From: an uncultured Candidatus Saccharibacteria bacterium
GTDB lineage: Bacteria; Patescibacteriota; Minisyncoccia; Phycocordibacterales; UBA918
NCBI GenBank assembly: GCA_964624165.1
Contig: CAZUWG010000001.1
Coordinates: forward strand, 41,296-96,052
DNA: 54,757 nt
Direction: 5' to 3'
Each line of letters opens with the position of its first letter. Positions within the stretch are counted from its first letter, which is position 1. The notes under the pieces are model-generated. The model saw nothing but the letters and a program-made list of their open reading frames with translations, was not told the origin of the DNA and did no database searches. This document shows, piece after piece, positions 33,417-41,512 of the stretch. Made by a program: the position numbers and the translations under genes.

Positions 33417-33459
33417 GCATAAAACAAGGGCGGCGCTTCGCGCCGCCCTTGTTTTATGC
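33417..33459 (+). terminator. 20-bp perfect hairpin GCATAAAACAAGGGCGGCGC-ttc-GCGCCGCCCTTGTTTTATGC
   Basis: Read directly between the KH gene and trmD. Confidence 0.55.
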
Positions 33460-33471
33460 TAGAGTTTTTTA

Positions 33472-34155
33472 ATGCATTTTCATATCATCACGTTATTTCC
33501 TGACGTTTGTCGTGCGTATACTGACGCGTCGGTTATTGGGCGCGCACAAAAGACAAAAAAAGGGAAAGGAGCAAAACATCGTGGAAAAAAAATTGCAGTC
33601 AGTTATTATGATCCGCGCGAATTTTCCGACAACAAGCACAAGAAAGTTGATGACCGCCCTTACGGCGGAGGACCGGGTATGGTGATGGCTGCAGAGCCAA
33701 TCCTTAAAGCATGGCAAAAAGCGGTAGGTCGAAAACAAAACCAAAAAAAAGTAAAAACACTTATTATGTCGCCGCGTGGGACGCAATTTACCAATGAGTG
33801 TGCAAAAAAATATGTTAAAAAATACGATCATTTAGTCTTGATTTCTGGTCGTTATGAAGGAATTGATGCACGCGTTATGAAAGCACTAAATGCCGAAGAA
33901 GTAAGTGTGGGAGACTATGTGTTGACTGGCGGTGAATTGCCGGCACTTACGATTGTCGACGCTACTGCGCGACAGATTCCTGGAGTGCTTGGCGAACAAG
34001 ATTCGCTTGAAGACGAACGTGAGACAAATGGTGAAGCTTATACACGCCCTGAAACACTAACCTTTAAAAAAAAGAAGTTCACCGTTCCTGAGGTTTTGCT
34101 TCAGGGAGATCACAAAAAAATCGCCGCTTGGAGATCGCAGCAAAATGAGTCGTAG
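33472..34155 (+). CDS. trmD: tRNA (guanine37-N1)-methyltransferase
   Basis: MHFHIITLFPD.., DDRPYGGGPGMVM, GRYEGIDARV, LTGGELPALTIVDA motifs. Lys-rich inserts. Confidence 0.93.
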   Translation: MHFHIITLFPDVCRAYTDASVIGRAQKTKKGKGAKHRGKKIAVSYYDPREFSDNKHKKVDDRPYGGGPGMVMAAEPILKAWQKAVGRKQNQKKVKTLIMSPRGTQFTNECAKKYVKKYDHLVLISGRYEGIDARVMKALNAEEVSVGDYVLTGGELPALTIVDATARQIPGVLGEQDSLEDERETNGEAYTRPETLTFKKKKFTVPEVLLQGDHKKIAAWRSQQNES

Positions 34156-34163
34156 TATAGATG

Positions 34164-34187
34164 AGGGCCGCACGCACGTGCGGCCTT
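34164..34187 (+). terminator. hairpin AGGGCCGCACG..CGTGCGGCCTT after trmD
   Basis: ~10-bp GC-rich stem. Weak T tail. Confidence 0.45.
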
Positions 34188-34274
34188 CAGGCGTACTAAA
34201 GATATAAAATACTAAAAGCAAAGGCTTGTAAAGAAAAGTGTGAAAAAGTAGGGAATTGTAAAGTGTTTTTGTGC

Positions 34275-34302
34275 TTGCAAATTTAGGAAAAGTCTATATA
34301 CT
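34275..34302 (+). promoter_or_regulatory. candidate rpoBC promoter TTGCAA-N16-TATACT
   Basis: Read directly. Gives a ~190-nt leader. Confidence 0.4.
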
Positions 34303-34434
34303 GCTGTGCATAACCAATCCTCGAATGAGTCACGGAAGACAGAAGGGTCTTGGGAATGTGAAGCGGGTGTGAGTGACGCCCTCTATAAATCACCGCAAGT
34401 GATGCAATTACCAACCGTGCAAAAATAAATATTC

Positions 34435-34461
34435 AAAAATACGCCTGCGAGGCGTGTTTTT
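34435..34461 (+). promoter_or_regulatory. terminator-like hairpin in the rpoB leader (AAAAAT-ACGCC-tgcga-GGCGT-GTTTTT)
   Basis: Stem plus T-run 35 nt upstream of the rpoB ATG. Possible attenuator. Confidence 0.35.
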
Positions 34462-34495
34462 GGTGTTTCTATTGCGCATAAATGTTTACTAACGC

Positions 34496-37400
34496 ATGCC
34501 TAAAACAGATACTCAACATTCAGGAGACGCGCTTCGTAGTGGAAAAACTGTCGGACAGCTCCCTGTGAAAGTGTTTGCGCACGTTCCAGCGCCGCGCATC
34601 GAGCTTCCAAATCTTATTGAACCACAGCTCAAGAGCTTTGAGTGGTTTATTCAAGATGGAATCAAGCAAGTGTTGAAGGAGTTTTCTCCGATCACTGACT
34701 ATTCTGAAAAGAAGTTTGAGCTTGAATTTAAAAAGTACGAAATTGGTAATCCAAAGTGTGCGCCAGAATTTGCGCGCGCAAACAAGCTTACATACGACGC
34801 ACCGCTTCGAGCGACGGTCATTCTCAAAAACAAAACGTTTGAAAGTGAAAAAGATCAAGAGATATTTTTGGCTGACATCCCTGTAATGACCGAAACTGGT
34901 ACCTTTATCATCAACGGGGTAGAGCGTATCATTGTGCCGCAGCTGGCGCGAAGTTACGGTATTTTCTACACCACTAATGACATCAAAGGCCACACTTATT
35001 TTGGTGCAAAAATCATCCCAGCTCGCGGAGCGTGGGTTGAAATAGAGTCTGAGGCAGACGGTCTTTTATATGTAAAGATTGACCGTAAGAAAAAATTCCC
35101 TGTCACGTCACTCTTGCGCGTATTTGGACTTGAGACTGAAAAAGAGATGATCAATCTTTTCAAAGGTGTTCCACGAGGCGAGGAATACATTAAGGCCACC
35201 TTTGCGAAAGATCCTGCAAAAACAACCAGCGACTCTTATGTGGAAATCTATCGCCGACTTCGCGATGGTGATTTGGCAACCGCTGATAATGCCCGCGAAT
35301 TTGTTGACTCTGTCTTCCATGAAACTCGTTATGACCTTTCAGAGATCGGTCGTCATCACTGGAATGAGCGAAATGGCATGCCTATTACTGATAAGGCAAT
35401 TAAGGAGCGCACGGTCTCACTCGACGATTTGCGTATCATTTTGACTAATATCATTGAGAAAAACCACACAGCTGGTGCGACGCCGGATGATATTGACCAC
35501 CTCGGTTTCCGTCGAGTGCGTTACTTTGGTGAAATGGCACAACAACGTGTGCGTGTTGGTTTGACTCGTATGAAGCGAAATATCCAAGATCGTATGAGTA
35601 CGATTGAAGCTGAGACTTCGCTGCCGATCCAGATATTAAACCCGCGACCACTTCAAGCTGCTATTAAGGAATTCTTTACCACCAACCAGCTGTCACAGTT
35701 TGCACTTCAGCAAAATACACTCGGTGAGCTTGAACACCTCCGCACTATGTCGGCTCTTGGTCCCGGCGGCCTCACTCGTGAGCGTGCGAGCTTTGATGTG
35801 CGTGACGTACACACTTCTCACTACGGTCGTTTGTGTCCAATCCATACGCCAGAAGGTCCAAACATCGGTCTTATCTTGCGTCTGGCTATGTACGCTAAAG
35901 TAAATCGTTTTGGGATTATCGAAGCGCCATACGCGAAAGTGGAAAAAGGCGTAGTCACCGATGAGATTGTGTATTTCAATGCTCACGAAGAAGAGAAATA
36001 CACCATTGCGCACGCCGGTACCATGGTAGATGAAAAGGGGAAGATCAAGCAAGATCTTGTCTCAGCGCGCGTGGGTGGTGAACCACGGGTGGTGCCAAAG
36101 AAAGAAGTGGAATATATCGACGTGGCAGCGAATGAGCCTTTCTCAATTGCGACTTCAATGATTCCATTCCTCAATCATGACGACGCCAACCGAACCTTGA
36201 TGGGAAGTAACATGCAAAAGCAGGCAACACCACTCGTGTTGCCCGAGGCGCCGCTTGTTGCTACTGGTATTGAAAAAATGGCCGCCCTAGACACTGGCCG
36301 CGTACTCGTCGCTAAAAATGCTGGAGAAATTATTGAGTGTGACGCTCGTCATATTGTCATCAAGACAAAAGATGGAAAAGATGAGTACACACTTTCTACT
36401 ATCCAAAAGACCAATGACTTCTCAGCGTTTTATCATCGTCCGCAAGTGACGGTGGGTGATAAAGTGAAGCGTGGAGATTTACTGGCCGACACTACATCAA
36501 CCGACCACGGACAGATCGCGGTAGGACAGAATGCTTTAGTTGCCTTTATGAGCTGGAGTGGAGCCAACTACGAAGACGCGATCGTTATTTCTGAACGTCT
36601 GGTAAAAGACAGTAAGTTTACATCAATTCATATTGAGGAGTTTGATGTGGCGGTGCGTGACACAAAGCTCGGTGCGGAAGTAACGACGCCAGATATTCCA
36701 AACGTGTCTGAAATGAAACTTCGCAACCTCGACGAAAACGGCATCATCCGCGTCGGTGCGGAAGTGAGAGCGGGCGATATCTTGGTAGGAAAAGTGACTC
36801 CTAAAGGAGAAACGCAGCTTTCACCAGAAGAACGACTTCTGCGCTCTATTTTCGGTGAGAAAGCAAAGGATGTAAAAGATTCTTCACTCCGTCTTGAAAT
36901 CGGAAAGCGTGGCCGCGTGATCGGCGTCAAAGTATTTACGCGAGAAAATGGTGACAACCTTGAAAGCGGTGTCATTAAGCGTATCCACGTCACGGTCGCG
37001 CAGATGCGTAGCGTGTCTGTAGGCGACAAACTAGCTGGACGACACGGAAACAAGGGAGTTATCTCACGCATCTTGCCTGAAGAAGATATGCCGTATATGG
37101 ACGATGGACGTCCGGTCGACGTCCTCCTGACACCACTTGGTGTACCATCTCGTATGAACCTAGGCCAGATTCTCGAGCTTCACCTTGGAATGGCTGCCAA
37201 TTCGCTTGGCTACCAAGCAGTCGTGCCTCCTTTTGCGGGTGCATCTGACGAAGATGTGCGAAAAGAGCTCATTGCGGCAGGACTTCCAGACAACGGAAAG
37301 GTGCAGCTTCGCGACGGACGCACCGGAGAAGAGTTTGCTAAAAAGACTGCCGTTGGATACATGTATATCTTGAAGCTTCACCACATGGTAGAAGATAAGA

Positions 37401-37720
37401 TCCACATGCGTTCGATCGGTCCGTACTCACTGATCACTCAGCAGCCACTTGGCGGTAAAGCCCAGATCGGCGGACAGCGCTTTGGGGAGATGGAAGTTTG
37501 GGCGCTCTTGGGATATGGAGCTGCCTACACACTTCGTGAAATGCTCACTATCAAGTCTGACGATATCGTTGGACGAAGTGCGGCGTTTGATGCGATTGTG
37601 CGCGGTGAACGCATCAGTCATCCACACACCCCAGCTGCCTTCAACGTTCTTATCAATCAGCTTAAAGGTCTTGCGCTCAACGTTTCCTTGGAAAAAGAGC
37701 AACAAGAACGCACGTACTAA
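34496..37720 (+). CDS. rpoB: DNA-directed RNA polymerase beta subunit
   Basis: 1074 aa with full-length conserved beta-subunit blocks (e.g. GRHGNKGVISRILPEEDMPY, MNLGQILE, GGQRFGEMEVWAL). Confidence 0.98.
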   Translation: MPKTDTQHSGDALRSGKTVGQLPVKVFAHVPAPRIELPNLIEPQLKSFEWFIQDGIKQVLKEFSPITDYSEKKFELEFKKYEIGNPKCAPEFARANKLTYDAPLRATVILKNKTFESEKDQEIFLADIPVMTETGTFIINGVERIIVPQLARSYGIFYTTNDIKGHTYFGAKIIPARGAWVEIESEADGLLYVKIDRKKKFPVTSLLRVFGLETEKEMINLFKGVPRGEEYIKATFAKDPAKTTSDSYVEIYRRLRDGDLATADNAREFVDSVFHETRYDLSEIGRHHWNERNGMPITDKAIKERTVSLDDLRIILTNIIEKNHTAGATPDDIDHLGFRRVRYFGEMAQQRVRVGLTRMKRNIQDRMSTIEAETSLPIQILNPRPLQAAIKEFFTTNQLSQFALQQNTLGELEHLRTMSALGPGGLTRERASFDVRDVHTSHYGRLCPIHTPEGPNIGLILRLAMYAKVNRFGIIEAPYAKVEKGVVTDEIVYFNAHEEEKYTIAHAGTMVDEKGKIKQDLVSARVGGEPRVVPKKEVEYIDVAANEPFSIATSMIPFLNHDDANRTLMGSNMQKQATPLVLPEAPLVATGIEKMAALDTGRVLVAKNAGEIIECDARHIVIKTKDGKDEYTLSTIQKTNDFSAFYHRPQVTVGDKVKRGDLLADTTSTDHGQIAVGQNALVAFMSWSGANYEDAIVISERLVKDSKFTSIHIEEFDVAVRDTKLGAEVTTPDIPNVSEMKLRNLDENGIIRVGAEVRAGDILVGKVTPKGETQLSPEERLLRSIFGEKAKDVKDSSLRLEIGKRGRVIGVKVFTRENGDNLESGVIKRIHVTVAQMRSVSVGDKLAGRHGNKGVISRILPEEDMPYMDDGRPVDVLLTPLGVPSRMNLGQILELHLGMAANSLGYQAVVPPFAGASDEDVRKELIAAGLPDNGKVQLRDGRTGEEFAKKTAVGYMYILKLHHMVEDKIHMRSIGPYSLITQQPLGGKAQIGGQRFGEMEVWALLGYGAAYTLREMLTIKSDDIVGRSAAFDAIVRGERISHPHTPAAFNVLINQLKGLALNVSLEKEQQERTY

Positions 37721-37741
37721 CCTTTGGTAATAAAAGTATCT

Positions 37742-40700
37742 ATGGAAACAAACACAATCAAAACAGACACTAAGCGCACACGACCAAAGCCAGCTGACAT
37801 TACGGAAGTAGGCTTGCGTCTGGCGTCACCAGAAGAAATTCTCGAATGGTCATTTGGCGAAGTCACCAAGCCAGAAACCATAAATTATCGTACGCAACGT
37901 CCAGAAAAGCACGGCCTCTTTGATGAGCGCATCTTCGGCCCGGTTGAAGACTTTGAGTGTTCATGTAAAAAGTATCGAGGCATTCGCTACAAAGGTATTG
38001 TCTGTGAGAAATGTGGCGTTGAAGTCACTCGCGCTATTGTGCGTCGTGAACGGATGGGTCACATCGAGCTTGCAGTACCGGTGTCGCATATTTGGTTTTT
38101 GCGAGGAGTGCCAAGCCGTATCGCGTTGATCTTAGGAATTACCGCAGCTGATATCGAAAAGGTGATGTATTTCGCAGGCTATATCGTAACCAAAATACAC
38201 GAGAGCGAGCGAGCTCGTCTACTTTCTGAATTGGCGACTGAATTTAAGGTGAAGCTTAAGGAGCTAAAGAACGAAGATGCCAAAGTAGAACTCAAAAACC
38301 GCATGGATGAAATCAAGCGTGAAGTTGAGAGTATTCGCCAAGGAAAAGTGCTTGATGAAACCACATTCCATAAGTTCTCAATCAAGTATTCAAATCTCTT
38401 TGAAGCAAAAATCGGTGCGGAGAGCGTGTATGAGCTTTTCAAAAATATAAATTTGCAGGATCTCCTCACTCAGCTTGAGACTGAGAGAGAAAAAGCTGGA
38501 GCAGCAGAACGGCTCAAGCTTGATAAGCGACTGTCGCTGGTACGCGGCATGTTGCACTCGGGAGTCCGTCCTGAATGGATGTTTCTCTCACGAGTGCCGG
38601 TCATTCCACCAGCCTTGCGCCCTATGGTAGCACTTGAAGGTGGTCGTCATGCCAGCTCCGATCTTAATGATCTTTATCGACGTGTAATCAACCGCAATAA
38701 TCGACTTAAGAAGTTGATGGACATCATGGCGCCAGATGTGATCTTGAGAAACGAAAAGCGTATTTTGCAAGAAGCAGTCGATGCGTTGATTGATAATTCA
38801 ATCCGACATGGTCAAGGTGGTTTCTCAGCTATGAGTGCGGCACAACGCCGACCGCTCAAATCTCTTTCGGATTACCTCAAGAGTAAGCAAGGATACTTCC
38901 GTCAAAACCTTCTCGGTAAGCGTGTTGACTACTCGGGACGTTCGGTGATTGTTATTGGTCCGGAACTCGATCTAGATGAATGTGGACTACCTAAGCACAT
39001 GGCCCTGGAGCTTTTCCGACCGTTTGTGATTGCCGAGCTCTTAAAGCAAGAGCTTGCGTACAACATCCGCGGAGCAGGACGCCTAATTGAGGAAGGAGTG
39101 CCAGAAGTATGGGCCATCCTTGAAGGAGTAATTGAAGGCAAGCACGTGATGCTTAACCGCGCACCAACCTTGCACCGTCAGGGTATTCAGGCATTTCGTC
39201 CGGTCTTGATTGAAGGAAATGCAATCCAGGTGCACCCACTTGTCTGTCGTGCCTTCAACGCCGACTTCGACGGAGACCAAATGGCGGTTCACGTACCGCT
39301 CTCTGAAGAAGCGCAGCTAGAAGCAAAAGAGATTATCTCTGCCAACAAAAATATTTTGAAGCCAGGATCTGCAGAGCCGGTTGTTTCTGAGAAGCTTTTG
39401 GATATGGCGCTTGGTGCATATTGGATGACAAAAATGATCGAGGGTGCACATGGTGAAGGGAAGTATTTCTCTTCGCCAAACGACGCGATCAATGCCTACG
39501 ATTATGGAGTGGTAGATTTCCGAGCCAAGATTAAAGTCATGGCCACCAATACTCCTAAGTACGCACAATACCAAGAGTCACTCTTTGAGACTACAGTCGG
39601 TCGTTTGCTCTTCAACTCCGTGTTGCCGAGTGATCACGACTTTATCAATGACGAGGTGACGCAGAAGATCCTCTTCAACATCATCATCGATATTATTGAT
39701 GACCGTGGTACTGACGCCGTGCCGCCAATTGTCGACAAACTCAAGAAGTTTGGTTTTAAGTACGCGACCGTATCAGGAACGACATGGGGAATGGACGAGG
39801 TAATTGTGCCAGAAGGTAAGGATGCGATCGTCGAAGCGTCTCGTGAAAAAGAGCGTGAAGTGGTCGGATTTTACAACGATGGTTTGATTTCTCGTGAAGA
39901 ACGTAAGCGCATGATTGTAGAAATTTGGCACAAAGCAAAAAGTGATATTGAAAAGCTTTTGCCCGATACACTCGACAGTAACGGCTCAGCGTTTGAGATG
40001 TTCCGTTCGGGAGCGCGAGGTTCGCTCGGGCAGATTGCTCAGATGGCTGGTATGAAAGGGTTGATTGTAAATACTCGTGGCGAAACCATCGAGGCGCCTG
40101 TCACTTCTTCATTTAAAGAAGGACTTTCCCCACATGAGTACTTCAGTACGACGCACGGTTCACGAAAAGGACTGGCCGACACCGCCCTTCAAACAGCGAA
40201 GGCTGGGTACCTTACTCGTCGCCTCTTCGTAGTTGCGCAAGACGCAATTGTGACAGAGAAAGAATGTGGCACTAAGTCAGGCACTACCATTAATCGCATT
40301 TCAGCTTCAGGGATTGAAATCTCATTTGCTAAGGCAATCAAGGGACGTATCTTAGCGGCAGACGCGACAGATAGTAAGGGTAATGTCATCTTTAAGAAGG
40401 GGCATCTTCTGTCTCGTAAGGATGCTTTACTAGTTGAAGGTAGTACTGTAGAAAATGTTGAAGTACGTTCACCGATGACGTGTAAGACACTTCGTGGAGT
40501 ATGTCAGCATTGCTATGGTATTGACCTTACTAAAAACGAATTGGTAGATCTTGGAGAAGCGGTAGGTACCGTGGCCGCTCAAGCGATTGGTGAGCCAGGT
40601 ACTCAGCTAACGATGAACACTAAGCATGCCGGAGGGACCGCCTCAGCTGGTGGTGACGTAACCTCAGGTCTGCCACGAGTAGAAGAAGTATTTGAAAAAC

Positions 40701-41425
40701 GTCAGCCAAAGATTCCAGCAGTAATCTCTAAGTACCAGGGTGTAGTGACTGAGATTAAGCGTGAAGGTGAAGGACGAATTATCGTGGTAGCGCCAGATAT
40801 GCAAGCTCCCGGAGCACCTAAGAAGAAAGATAATGTTGAGTACGAAGTCTCTCCTCGCCGTGTGGTATTGGTAGGTAAAGGTGACACAGTAAATTCCGGG
40901 CAACTCATGACAGATGGTTCAGCACATTTGCCAGACCTCTTTAAATTTGGAGGTGAGGAAGTGACACAAGATTACATCATTTCTGAAATCAACAAGATCT
41001 ATGAGCTTCAGGGGGTAACCATCTCTCGTAAGCACATCGAGCTGATTGTGAAGCAAATGATGAGTCGAGTAAAAATTACTGCTTCAGGCGACAGCCACTT
41101 CACGGTTGGTGAAGTAGTGGAAGAGTGGATCTTGGTAGCGACAAATCGCGCCTTGAAGGAAGCAGGTAAAGAGCTAGCAAAAGCAGATAAGCTCATCACT
41201 GGAATTACTGAAAGCTCACTCTCACGCAAGAGCTTCCTCTCAGCTGCCTCATTCCAAAACACCACGCGAGTTTTGATCAATGCGGCAGTGAAGGGAAGTC
41301 AGGATAGCCTCACAGGCTTGATGGAAAATGTAATTATCGGTCGTCTTATACCAGCGGGTTCAGGCTTCAAAGGTAGCGAGAAGGCAGAGATGATTGCGGA
41401 TCTCCAGAAGCGATTGGACGGATAG
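37742..41425 (+). CDS. rpoC: DNA-directed RNA polymerase beta' subunit
   Basis: Zn motif CSCKKYRGIRYKGIVCEKCGVEV and catalytic NADFDGDQMAVH. ATG 37742 is preferred over TTG 37724. Confidence 0.97.
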   Translation: METNTIKTDTKRTRPKPADITEVGLRLASPEEILEWSFGEVTKPETINYRTQRPEKHGLFDERIFGPVEDFECSCKKYRGIRYKGIVCEKCGVEVTRAIVRRERMGHIELAVPVSHIWFLRGVPSRIALILGITAADIEKVMYFAGYIVTKIHESERARLLSELATEFKVKLKELKNEDAKVELKNRMDEIKREVESIRQGKVLDETTFHKFSIKYSNLFEAKIGAESVYELFKNINLQDLLTQLETEREKAGAAERLKLDKRLSLVRGMLHSGVRPEWMFLSRVPVIPPALRPMVALEGGRHASSDLNDLYRRVINRNNRLKKLMDIMAPDVILRNEKRILQEAVDALIDNSIRHGQGGFSAMSAAQRRPLKSLSDYLKSKQGYFRQNLLGKRVDYSGRSVIVIGPELDLDECGLPKHMALELFRPFVIAELLKQELAYNIRGAGRLIEEGVPEVWAILEGVIEGKHVMLNRAPTLHRQGIQAFRPVLIEGNAIQVHPLVCRAFNADFDGDQMAVHVPLSEEAQLEAKEIISANKNILKPGSAEPVVSEKLLDMALGAYWMTKMIEGAHGEGKYFSSPNDAINAYDYGVVDFRAKIKVMATNTPKYAQYQESLFETTVGRLLFNSVLPSDHDFINDEVTQKILFNIIIDIIDDRGTDAVPPIVDKLKKFGFKYATVSGTTWGMDEVIVPEGKDAIVEASREKEREVVGFYNDGLISREERKRMIVEIWHKAKSDIEKLLPDTLDSNGSAFEMFRSGARGSLGQIAQMAGMKGLIVNTRGETIEAPVTSSFKEGLSPHEYFSTTHGSRKGLADTALQTAKAGYLTRRLFVVAQDAIVTEKECGTKSGTTINRISASGIEISFAKAIKGRILAADATDSKGNVIFKKGHLLSRKDALLVEGSTVENVEVRSPMTCKTLRGVCQHCYGIDLTKNELVDLGEAVGTVAAQAIGEPGTQLTMNTKHAGGTASAGGDVTSGLPRVEEVFEKRQPKIPAVISKYQGVVTEIKREGEGRIIVVAPDMQAPGAPKKKDNVEYEVSPRRVVLVGKGDTVNSGQLMTDGSAHLPDLFKFGGEEVTQDYIISEINKIYELQGVTISRKHIELIVKQMMSRVKITASGDSHFTVGEVVEEWILVATNRALKEAGKELAKADKLITGITESSLSRKSFLSAASFQNTTRVLINAAVKGSQDSLTGLMENVIIGRLIPAGSGFKGSEKAEMIADLQKRLDG

Positions 41426-41446
41426 TTTAGAAGTGAAGGAAGGCGA

Positions 41447-41477
41447 AAAAGCGGCGGGCCAAAGGCCCGCCGCTTTT
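41447..41477 (+). terminator. terminator AAAAGCGGCGGGCC-aaa-GGCCCGCCGCTTTT
   Basis: 14-bp perfect stem. Same arms as the hairpins at 10974 and 44704. Confidence 0.7.
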
Positions 41478-41504
41478 GGCAGTCTGTCATAAACCGCGTA
41501 TAAT
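41476..41504 (+). promoter_or_regulatory. dnaG promoter TTGGCA-N17-TATAAT, -10 ends 8 nt before the ATG
   Basis: Read directly. The -35 overlaps the 3' arm of the rpoC terminator. Predicts a leaderless or 1-3-nt-leader mRNA. Confidence 0.5.
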
Positions 41505-41512
41505 AGGAAGAT

